Below, piece after piece: positions 56,674 to 64,000 of a stretch of 64,000 nucleotides of DNA. The stretch is taken from contig JAGGVC010000099.1 of assembly GCA_021158185.1 (NCBI GenBank), positions 1,016 through 65,015 of the forward strand. Direction: 5' to 3'. This stretch comes from a bacterium. GTDB lineage: Bacteria; 4484-113; JAGGVC01. How positions within the stretch are numbered: the stretch's first letter is position 1; each line of letters opens with the position of its first letter. A program made the position numbers and the translations under genes. The notes under the pieces were generated by a model, which was given only the letters and a program-made list of their open reading frames with translations, did not search any database and was not told the DNA's origin.

Positions 56674-58284
56674 TTAACTTGTTCCGCTGCCGGAACCATC
56701 AGATCCTGGTGCTGGGGTGCTCGAACTATCATCTTCAAGCGAGCGCATTACCGAGTACGCAGTAACGAGCGTGTTGAGCGGCGTGAGGATCTCGGAAACT
56801 TTGAACCGGAAACCCTTGGGTGGAACGTATATTACATCGCCCGGAAGAATCGCAAATTCGCTGCTTAGTGCAAGCCCCTTATGGATTTCCTTGAAGTTGA
56901 TGCGGAAAACTTCAGGTTCTTTGTCAGGTTGGCGAAGGTCACGTGCCTGGCGGATAACAGCGATCCAGGGAAGATGGGCTTCGCTCGTTTCGCCCTTGGC
57001 AAACGCGATATAATCGAGCACCGTGGAATCAGGGGTGTAGTTGAATGCCCCGGCTTCGTTTACTTCTCCGAGGACGAACACGCGCTCCTCCCGCGGGATG
57101 ACGCTGATCTTGTCCCTGTTTTCGAGCGGGAAATCAGCGATCACCGATGCATCATCAAGCGCAGGATATAGGTTCACAACGATTCTTTCGAGCTTTCCTT
57201 CGTTATTGTAGCGCTGCACGATCGTATTGGCCAGATCTGCGCCGTAGGTAACGCTGCCGGAGATGCGAAGTATGTCGCCCAGTGTCTCCTCAGACAGAAG
57301 CTCGTATCTTCCTGCACGCGTTACTCCCTCAATGTCAATGAACCTTTCGGGCGATGGAATATAAACAACATCGCCGTCCGCAAGCTCGAAGTTGAACTCG
57401 GAAAGCTCGCCCTCAAGCGTCAGGACGAGAGGATCAATTATTTCCACACGGCAGCGCGGATCGCTCAGTCGTTCTTCTATCCACGCGCGCCAGTTGCCTT
57501 TCTCTGCAAGAGAGCCGGTTTCGGACGGTGTTTTGAGCGGGGGCGGCCTTAAGCTGATTTCCGTCGCTTCGCCACGCGCAATAGAGGATGTCGAACTTGT
57601 GTTTGACCGCGAACTGCGCCCGGTGAGCTGTGTTATGAGATCGCCTCCGCCCCTGACGAGGAAAAGCCGTCTATATGCGCCCGTGCTTGCTTTCCTTAAT
57701 TTCTCTCCGGAAACCAGATCGAGAAGGTGCGAGCCGTTAGTTAAGCCGAAGATGCGGCCTGGAAAATCCGGTCCGAATACGAAAATGTCGAATATGCCGT
57801 AGTTTCTTATCTGAATTGAAACGGTGGGGTTCTTGTAGTACTTCGTGTAATGGATTTTGAGCAGTTCAGAAGCTTCACGCGGTGTAAGTCCGCTCACGTC
57901 CACGTTGCCGATGTAGGGCAGGGCGATTTCACCTTCGGCATCCACCTGTGCTTCCAGGTTGTTCATCCTTTCGCCGTCGAAAAAATGAATAATAAGAAAA
58001 TCGCCTGCAGCAAGCTTGTGTCTTGCTGCGTCCAGTTCCGGAGGCTCCTGCAGAATCTGGGTATCTACGGAAATCGCACGTGTGGGAAGAAATGTGATGC
58101 ATAGCATGACCAGCGCAGTCGTTAGCAACGCGCGGGTGCAGGTGCCGAAAGAAAAACGGCAGCTGACGTTCTCAGAAGTACGAGAAAGGCTTACCATCAG
58201 GCGGGAGTATAACATATCAGCCCTATTTCCATTTCCGAAAACACTCGGCATTTCATGTGGAATTCCGTTGTCCGAAGCGTTCAT
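56674..58284 (-). CDS. Polysaccharide export protein (Wza-like; Poly_export plus SLBB domains)
   Basis: GDFLIIHFF...PYIGNVDVSGLTPREASELL is Poly_export-like. SLBB-like repeats follow (GDVVYIPSP, GDVIYVPPK). The start is probably internal. Confidence 0.65.
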   Translation of the reverse strand: MNASDNGIPHEMPSVFGNGNRADMLYSRLMVSLSRTSENVSCRFSFGTCTRALLTTALVMLCITFLPTRAISVDTQILQEPPELDAARHKLAAGDFLIIHFFDGERMNNLEAQVDAEGEIALPYIGNVDVSGLTPREASELLKIHYTKYYKNPTVSIQIRNYGIFDIFVFGPDFPGRIFGLTNGSHLLDLVSGEKLRKASTGAYRRLFLVRGGGDLITQLTGRSSRSNTSSTSSIARGEATEISLRPPPLKTPSETGSLAEKGNWRAWIEERLSDPRCRVEIIDPLVLTLEGELSEFNFELADGDVVYIPSPERFIDIEGVTRAGRYELLSEETLGDILRISGSVTYGADLANTIVQRYNNEGKLERIVVNLYPALDDASVIADFPLENRDKISVIPREERVFVLGEVNEAGAFNYTPDSTVLDYIAFAKGETSEAHLPWIAVIRQARDLRQPDKEPEVFRINFKEIHKGLALSSEFAILPGDVIYVPPKGFRFKVSEILTPLNTLVTAYSVMRSLEDDSSSTPAPGSDGSGSGTS

Positions 58285-58505
58285 CCTTTGGGCGGCAAGC
58301 GGGTATAATAATCTCTCGTATGAAAACGCCGGATCAAATCAGAAGGGTTGCTTTAGCGGTCTTACCTGCTATGCTGGATGCCATAACAAACGGCGGCATC
58401 GGCGCTAATTCGCGCTCCTGATTTATCTGCGGCACAGTGCGCAGAATTTATGCATTACCTCTTCTGTAGTAGAATCCCTGTTTTGAATGGGAAAAGGAGC
58501 CGATT

Positions 58506-59804
58506 GTGTACGAACAATTCTGTCCCGTAAGGGATGTCAAAGATAAGGTTGGAGAAACCGTGAAGCTCGCTGGCTGGGTGAGAACGAGCAGAATCCAGAA
58601 AAAGCTTGCATTCATCGTGCTTCGCGACGGCGTGGCAGAAATCCAGTGTGTCGTTTTTCAGCCCGATGTGTCGCCTGAAACTTGGGAAGCCGCCGAGAAG
58701 CTCACGCTCGAATCGAGCCTGATCGTCACGGGCGATGTGTCGAAACATCCGAAAATGGAGGGTGTTTACGAGATTCAGGTCAAGGAAATCGAGATCGTGA
58801 ATCTCGCCGAGAATTACCCGATAAGCAAGAAGGAGCATGGCACCGAGTTCTTGATGGATCACCGACACCTGTGGGTGCGTTCTTCAAAACAGGCGGCCAT
58901 ACTTCGCATCCGCGACGAGATGATCAAGGCGAGTCGAGATTTCTTCTACGACAACGGCTTTTTCTGTTTCGATTCGCCTATCTTTACACCGAACGCTTGC
59001 GAGGGGACGACTACGCTCTTCGATGTGGATTACTTCGGCGAAAAGGTTTATCTGTCTCAGAGCGGACAGCTCTACCAGGAATCGGGGATTATGGCGTTGG
59101 GAAAGACATTCTGCCTAGGTCCGACATTCCGTGCGGAAAAATCCAAGACGCGCAGGCATTTGATCGAATTTTGGATGCTTGAAGCCGAGGCTGCATTCTA
59201 CGACTTCGAAGACAACATTAAGCTTCAGGAGGATTACGTTTGCTACGTCGTTAATCGGGTGCTCGAACGGAGGCGCACGGACCTGGAAACAATCGAGCGT
59301 GATACCGTAGCGCTTGAAAGGGTAACTCACCCATTCCCGCGCATCCGTTATGCAGAGGCCGTCGAAATCCTTCAAGGGAAGGGATTCGATTTCAATCTTG
59401 GAGACGACTTCGGAAGTCCCGAAGAAACAGCTCTTGCAGAGGATTTTGACAAGCCGTTCTTCATCACACACTGGCCGGCGGATATGAAGGCATTCTATAT
59501 GAAGAACGCTCCGAACGATCCGAGTTTACTTCTTGCAAGTGACCTGATGGCTCCCGAGGGTTTTGGGGAGCTGATCGGCGGAAGCCAGCGCGAGGATGAT
59601 GCCGACGTGCTCCTCGAAAAGATCAAGAAGCATAAGCTTCCGAAGGAATATTTCGAGTGGTACCTCGATTTAAGGCGATATGGGAGCGTTCCGCACAGTG
59701 GATTCGGCTTAGGGATCGAGCGCACGGTTTGCTGGATCTGCGGGCTGCATCATATTCGCGAATCGATCCCGTTCCCGCGCATGCTATACCGCAAAACACC
59801 TTAA
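58506..59804 (+). CDS. asnS: Asparagine--tRNA ligase
   Basis: An N-terminal OB anticodon-binding domain (VKLAGWVRTSRIQKKLAFIVLRDG) precedes a class-II catalytic core (FRAEKSKTRRHLIEFWMLEAE...GFGLGIERTV). The start is GTG at 58506, with an AAGGAG Shine-Dalgarno. Confidence 0.85.
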   Translation: MYEQFCPVRDVKDKVGETVKLAGWVRTSRIQKKLAFIVLRDGVAEIQCVVFQPDVSPETWEAAEKLTLESSLIVTGDVSKHPKMEGVYEIQVKEIEIVNLAENYPISKKEHGTEFLMDHRHLWVRSSKQAAILRIRDEMIKASRDFFYDNGFFCFDSPIFTPNACEGTTTLFDVDYFGEKVYLSQSGQLYQESGIMALGKTFCLGPTFRAEKSKTRRHLIEFWMLEAEAAFYDFEDNIKLQEDYVCYVVNRVLERRRTDLETIERDTVALERVTHPFPRIRYAEAVEILQGKGFDFNLGDDFGSPEETALAEDFDKPFFITHWPADMKAFYMKNAPNDPSLLLASDLMAPEGFGELIGGSQREDDADVLLEKIKKHKLPKEYFEWYLDLRRYGSVPHSGFGLGIERTVCWICGLHHIRESIPFPRMLYRKTP

Positions 59805-59914
59805 TTCGGGTAGGGTGAGCGAAAAGCGGTTCAGCTCTGAGGAAACTCGTACAGAGATGCTGAAGTTCTCACCATTGCGATATCAGGCAATTCGCATGCT
59901 AAAATGAGGTTGTC

Positions 59915-61402
59915 ATGGGTGACAGGGGCGGTTTTTCGGCACAGGCAAAGGAAGTCATTAATCGACTAATCGCGTTCTTCGCAGGATTCATTGAATGGCT
60001 TCGGGACGACATTGCAGCTCTCTTCAAATCGCTACAGTTCAGGCGCGCGGCAAGCAGCATAGCTTCTTTTTTCAAAGGCTTCTTTATTGGATTACCGAAT
60101 ATGCTCAAAAAGTTCTTCTCGGCGATTGCAACATTTGCTGTGTGGATATACGAGGATATCACTGCGTTCGTTAGGTCATTACCTACCGGAGATTCTGTCA
60201 GGGAAATCGGTTCATGGATCAAAGGACTTGGCAAATTCATCGCGCGCGTATCTAGAGATCTCTATTTGGACATTGTACATTTTCTTAAGTGGTTATGGCG
60301 CACAATTGCGGAAGTAACTACATCGCCTGGAACGAAATCCGGCTTGAGAAACATCGGCGCATTCTTCGCAGTCTTGTTTCTCTCAGTTGTCTCTTTCTTC
60401 GATCAATTGTGGTGGCTGATTGTTGATTTCTTCAAATCAGACGAATTCAAGAGCGCGATGAAAGCCGTCGGAAAGTTGCTTGTCGCATTGGGGATTGATA
60501 TCGCATCTGCTGCAGTATGGCTCTGGCAACTGATAGTTGTTGCCGCGAAATGGCTGTGGAAATGGATCGTTGTTGCTTCCAAATGGCTGTGGAAATGGAC
60601 AGTCATAGGTGCAGTGTGGCTATGGGGTGTTCTTTCCCGTTTCTTTGTCAGCCTTGCGAGGGTGATATCAGAATTTATGAAATCGCCTCGTACACGGGAG
60701 TTTATCGGAAGGTGTGGTGAGGGGCTTTCAATATTTGTAGCATCAGCGCGTAAGATCATCGGTAAGCCCGAAGTGATCAGGCCGATTTACTGGATAATCA
60801 TATTTATTCTTGGCGGATCGTTTCTAAGGTGGGTTCTTTTCGTATACCCGGAATCGATGGCGCTCAGATTTGTCGGATCGGACGGCTCCATGATCGTTGA
60901 GCGCGCAATCGAGCTTGAAAACAGCACACGCACGGTAAACGCGCTGATTGTCTGTGGATTCGCTGTCGTAGTTTTGTTTATTTGGGGGATTACCGCGTTT
61001 ATCAAGAGCAGTATCAGGCGGCTTGAGATTGCTGAGAAATCTGTTAGGCTGAACGAAAGGAGAAACATCGCGGGTATGCTTGCTGGCGCGATCGAGCAGC
61101 TCGGCGGCGACAAACTTGAGGCACGCATTGCTGCGGTATATATGCTGGAGCAGATCGCAACGGGTTCCAAGGAAGATTGCGGGGCGGTGTCTGCCGTTCT
61201 CAGCACTTTTATCCGGAAAAGCCCGGTGCGTTCTCTTGAGCGCGGGGAGGAATGTCCGGCTGACGAGTATTTCAAGTGGGCAAGGGGAGTTGAGGACAAG
61301 CAAGCAGGGGATTCTGCGGGAATCTCTGCTGTCGAAAGCATGGAAGCGCCTGGGCCTGATATTCAGGTCGCGCTCGATGTGATAAGGAGAATGAAACCTT
61401 AG
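59915..61402 (+). CDS. Hypothetical membrane protein: Trp/Phe/Lys-rich amphipathic-helix repeats, two transmembrane segments, and a helical C-terminal domain
   Basis: Repeats such as AVWLWQLIVVAAKWLWKWIVVASKWLWKWTVIGAVWLWGV are present. The DNA carries a 19-nt direct repeat AAATGGCTGTGGAAATGGA at 60548-60566 and 60581-60599. The C-terminus (ERRNIAGMLAGAIEQLGGDKLEARIAAVYMLEQIA) resembles the N-terminal helical module seen in pentapeptide-repeat proteins. Confidence 0.4.
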   Translation: MGDRGGFSAQAKEVINRLIAFFAGFIEWLRDDIAALFKSLQFRRAASSIASFFKGFFIGLPNMLKKFFSAIATFAVWIYEDITAFVRSLPTGDSVREIGSWIKGLGKFIARVSRDLYLDIVHFLKWLWRTIAEVTTSPGTKSGLRNIGAFFAVLFLSVVSFFDQLWWLIVDFFKSDEFKSAMKAVGKLLVALGIDIASAAVWLWQLIVVAAKWLWKWIVVASKWLWKWTVIGAVWLWGVLSRFFVSLARVISEFMKSPRTREFIGRCGEGLSIFVASARKIIGKPEVIRPIYWIIIFILGGSFLRWVLFVYPESMALRFVGSDGSMIVERAIELENSTRTVNALIVCGFAVVVLFIWGITAFIKSSIRRLEIAEKSVRLNERRNIAGMLAGAIEQLGGDKLEARIAAVYMLEQIATGSKEDCGAVSAVLSTFIRKSPVRSLERGEECPADEYFKWARGVEDKQAGDSAGISAVESMEAPGPDIQVALDVIRRMKP

Positions 61403-61426
61403 AGAGCAAATGCTGTTTTGTGAAAG

Positions 61427-61972
61427 GTGATAAGTATGACTGACGAAGGATTGGCTAAGCTGTGCGATCAGGATCGTATGCTTGTTGAGAGCGTGCTCGG
61501 CGAGAATGAAACGTATATTGACAGTTTACACAACGATGCGGACAGAACGTTCGTTGCTGCTACGGATCTGCGCGTCGTTAGATGCGCGTGGAAATACGAG
61601 GACGGGGAAGCGAAACTGAAAAGTGCGAAGAGCTTCATGTACGATGACATAGAAAGTGCCTACTCACAGCTTGACCGCGATGCAAATGAATTCCATCTCA
61701 TCATTGATCCGAAAGACGGTGATACGCTAAGCGTCATTAAAATGCCGGAGCATTTTTACAAGGAAGTCCGTGGATTCAGCGCACACATAATGGTTGAAAT
61801 AAGGAAACGCGGAAAGACCGAAGAGAAGATGCAAACAGATGGCTCAAGAGTGGGAGCGATACTTGCAAATCTTGATGAGCTCGTCAAGCTCGCACAGCTC
61901 TTTCAGATGGGTGTGATTTCAGAAGAGGACTTTCAGGAAGCAAAGTCGATTATTCTGGAAAGGCGCGGCTAG
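61427..61972 (+). CDS. Hypothetical protein with a bacterial PH-like domain and a C-terminal SHOCT motif
   Basis: The C-terminal LVKLAQLFQMGVISEEDFQEAKSIILERR matches the SHOCT pattern. The N-terminal 120 aa are beta-rich. Confidence 0.45.
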   Translation: MISMTDEGLAKLCDQDRMLVESVLGENETYIDSLHNDADRTFVAATDLRVVRCAWKYEDGEAKLKSAKSFMYDDIESAYSQLDRDANEFHLIIDPKDGDTLSVIKMPEHFYKEVRGFSAHIMVEIRKRGKTEEKMQTDGSRVGAILANLDELVKLAQLFQMGVISEEDFQEAKSIILERRG

Positions 61973-62087
61973 ATAGGAATGAAAGCGTCGGGACATATGT
62001 TTCTGAGGATGAAAAGCTACTAGCATCAACCAGGCATACCACACCTGTTGATTCACCAGTTCTATATGGAGATTCGCCCTGTGTGAA

Positions 62088-62237
62088 TCACTCAAGCTCT
62101 ATATCGTAGTCATCCGCGTGAAACGCAAGGAAGGCAGCAGTGCTCGCACTACACTTGGGGCAATCGCCAGGGGGTATATTGCCTTCAAATACATAACCGC
62201 AAATTGCACAGACGAACTGCTGATCCGAATCCAACAC
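62088..62237 (-). CDS. Unannotated 49-aa rubredoxin-like zinc-ribbon protein
   Basis: Hand translation of the minus strand gives (V/M)LDSDQQFVCAICGYVFEGNIPPGDCPKCSASTAAFLAFHADDYDIELE*. The two knuckles CxxCGY...CPxC match the rubredoxin and rubrerythrin C-terminal domain. The start is GTG at 62235-62237, or TTG one codon later. The Shine-Dalgarno is weak. Confidence 0.35.
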   Translation of the reverse strand: MLDSDQQFVCAICGYVFEGNIPPGDCPKCSASTAAFLAFHADDYDIELE

Positions 62238-62389
62238 AAGTTGATTTTACACGATTTCGCGCTTTTTCACAACATTCACGAAAGCTGTTTTGTTTATTCT
62301 CACGAGTGATGCCGTATTTGCATAAGGAAGCAATCAAAGTAAAGAGCCTGCTGCAAGATGCACTGTTGTGACGCATCTGTTAGTTCTCG

Positions 62390-64000
62390 TCAATCAGTTG
62401 CCAATGCCCCTTCACCCTTGCCGAAATGATCCTCGAAATACTTGGTTACGAGCTTCGCGAAGAAAATCATTCTATTCGTCGAATTTAGCCCATGGCCATC
62501 TTCCGGAAAAACAAACATATCGAACTGTTTATCCTTGTTAATGAGCTCTGCGGAAAGCAGCATGAAGTCCTGCGCAAGCACGTTATTATCGAGGATACCG
62601 TGCACCATCAGAAGTTCACCCTTGAGCGCATCCGCATACGTAATCGGAGAGCTTTCCTTGTAGGCATCCTCGTTATCTTCCGGTTCGTCGAGCCTTTGCG
62701 TGACGTACCAGTGGTTGTAGTTGTGCCAGTCGTTGGGCGCGGACATCGCTACCCCGACCTTCCAGAAGTCGGGAGAGAGAAACATGCTCATATTCGTCTG
62801 GAATCCCCCGTAGCTCCATCCCCAGATGCCGATCCTGTCCGGATCGACGATGCCGCTTCGACGCAGGTATTCTACACCCGCGCGCGCGTCGGAATCTTCT
62901 ATGTGTCCGAGCCTGCCGATCACCTGTGTTCGCCAGTTTCGCCCGTATCCGCTGGAGCCGCGATAGTCGATCGCAAGCACCGCATAGCCGAGTGTGTCCG
63001 CCATGTACGTATGAAGTGCATCGAACCAGGAGTGTCGCGCCAGGACATCCTGTGCGTATCCTGCGCCGTGAATATGAACTATAACAGGCCGCGTGTCGCC
63101 GTCTTTGTGATATGGCGGGAGATAGAGAAGTGCGTGAACGCGCCCAGGATGTTCGGTGTTCATAAACGAAATTTTCTCGGGGAATACCCATCGCCACCTG
63201 CGCCAGCTTACAGGCCTTGCATCGAGCAGAAGGCGGGTTTTCGCCTTTTCGAGCCAGAGAGAGTAGAGCGCGGGCGGCGAGCCGAAATCGCTTCCGTAGA
63301 TGACTGCGATTCGCCCGGAATCGCTGATCCGCATTCCTTCGCCCCAGGCGCTGCCGAAACTCCACATGCCGGGTTTCAGCGTGATTCTCTTTTTTCCGCG
63401 CGTGGGGATGTCGAGCTTTTTTACGGCTCTATAGCTCGGACCGTCTTCGCTCGTTATGATGTATGCCGTGCGCCTGTCGTCGAGCACCTCAAGCCAGGTC
63501 ACTTCATAATCACCAAATGTGATCTGAACAGGCTCGGGAAATGGTACTTCTGCCGGGTCTTCATCTTCCGCCGAATCGTTGTCATCGACTTCATCGCTTA
63601 CGCTATGTTCAGTGTCCACCGATAATTCGGAATCAGCCGCTAGCTCGGATTCATTTTCAATTTCCGCATTCTCTTTCTCAAATTTTGCCTTCTCGCTAGC
63701 GAGCCTTTCGCCGAAGTTTACCGTATATACATGCGACCATCCGGTTTTTTCAAGGCAGGTTACGAAGCTGTCTTCATCCGGCCCCCAGAACAGTTGCGAG
63801 TAAACTCCATTGAACCATGCTTCATCGGTGTAAGAGAAGATTTTCACTGCTTTTCCTGCATCGAAATCGATGACTTCCCATACCGTCCAGGTTTCCGTGT
63901 CCTTTGAAATTTTTGAAACCAGAAGCCTGTCGGTGTCCGGAGCCCAAACCATACTTTCTCCATACACTTCTTCTTCACCGTCGGTTTCGATGAAGATGAT
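62390..64000 (-). CDS. S9-family serine peptidase (prolyl oligopeptidase / dipeptidyl-peptidase-like; N-terminus lies beyond the window)
   Basis: The catalytic GWSYGGF (GxSxGG) sits in a C-terminal alpha/beta-hydrolase domain. An N-terminal beta-propeller-like region precedes it. The frame stays open through position 64000. The GTG at 63967 is internal and not the true start. Confidence 0.75.
   Translation of the reverse strand: MIFIETDGEEEVYGESMVWAPDTDRLLVSKISKDTETWTVWEVIDFDAGKAVKIFSYTDEAWFNGVYSQLFWGPDEDSFVTCLEKTGWSHVYTVNFGERLASEKAKFEKENAEIENESELAADSELSVDTEHSVSDEVDDNDSAEDEDPAEVPFPEPVQITFGDYEVTWLEVLDDRRTAYIITSEDGPSYRAVKKLDIPTRGKKRITLKPGMWSFGSAWGEGMRISDSGRIAVIYGSDFGSPPALYSLWLEKAKTRLLLDARPVSWRRWRWVFPEKISFMNTEHPGRVHALLYLPPYHKDGDTRPVIVHIHGAGYAQDVLARHSWFDALHTYMADTLGYAVLAIDYRGSSGYGRNWRTQVIGRLGHIEDSDARAGVEYLRRSGIVDPDRIGIWGWSYGGFQTNMSMFLSPDFWKVGVAMSAPNDWHNYNHWYVTQRLDEPEDNEDAYKESSPITYADALKGELLMVHGILDNNVLAQDFMLLSAELINKDKQFDMFVFPEDGHGLNSTNRMIFFAKLVTKYFEDHFGKGEGALATD

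Noticed and set aside
61973-62087. Imperfect inverted repeat (TCAACCAGG...CCTGTTGA) after the SHOCT gene as a terminator
   Set aside because: The stem has a bulge and is not followed by a T-tract. It is not convincing as an intrinsic terminator.
62492-63625. 377-aa plus-strand ORF and the 62673..63365 minus-strand ORF
   Set aside because: They overlap the S9 peptidase gene, whose GWSYGG catalytic motif defines the real frame.
1-64000. Search for tRNA, rRNA, transposase, integrase or phage genes
   Set aside because: Intergenic spaces are all under 420 nt and none shows a cloverleaf-compatible structure or rRNA-like conservation. No ORF resembles a DDE transposase, a tyrosine or serine recombinase, or a phage structural protein.

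Overview
The window is about 64 kb of bacterial chromosome, moderately GC-rich (roughly 55%), densely coding. GTG and TTG starts are frequent. The cell is clearly diderm: it encodes flagellar L- and P-ring proteins, outer-membrane beta-barrels, and Wza/Wzx/Wzy polysaccharide export machinery. I found no rRNA, tRNA, CRISPR array, transposase, integrase or phage gene. The window therefore looks like core chromosome plus envelope and signalling accessory genes, not a mobile island.

Layout from left to right:
1. Positions 1-4317, minus strand: the flagellar basal-body block flgF-flgG-flgA-flgH-flgI. flgI runs off the left edge.
2. Positions 4375-18321: a long co-directional minus-strand run. In transcription order it is: an outer-membrane beta-barrel protein, a secreted FecR/cohesin-domain protein, a CHASE2 class-III nucleotidyl cyclase, a TPR-TlpA thioredoxin fusion, a CPBP protease, a WxcM/FdtA-like cupin, a tandem-GAF HD-GYP phosphodiesterase, a VanW-family protein, purM, and a small lipoprotein. 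The first three genes have their own strong sigma-70 promoter.
3. Positions 18372-23151, plus strand: wecA-like, wecB, nadX, nadC and coaX.
4. Positions 23157-32446: an NhaP-type Na+/H+ antiporter, a 1016-aa secreted protein with PKD domains and a beta-propeller, an ASKHA hydantoinase-like protein, and an EF-G paralog. A bidirectional intrinsic terminator follows.
5. Positions 32571-38384, minus strand: a second cohesin-domain lipoprotein, a GT4 glycosyltransferase, rmuC and a rhomboid protease.
6. Positions 38580-40783: the translation cluster infC-rpmI-rplT-pheS with tandem promoters. pheT is missing.
7. Positions 40956-58284: a roughly 17.5 kb Wzx/Wzy-type exopolysaccharide locus. It holds a YjbH-like outer-membrane protein, an initiating sugar transferase, an MBOAT, an SGNH partner and a 36-aa peptide, a chain-length protein with a degenerate kinase domain, five GT4 transferases, a Wzy-like protein, Wzx and Wza. 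It is wedged between pheS and asnS.
8. Positions 58506-64000: asnS, a Trp-rich repeat membrane protein, a PH/SHOCT protein, an unannotated 49-aa rubredoxin-like ORF, and an S9 peptidase that runs off the right edge.

The most interesting candidate for an uncharacterised system is the three-gene module at 12434-18321 (outer-membrane barrel, secreted FecR/cohesin protein, CHASE2 cyclase). The O-acylation module with its translationally coupled micropeptide is second. All calls rest on motif-level reading of the translations. No database search was run.
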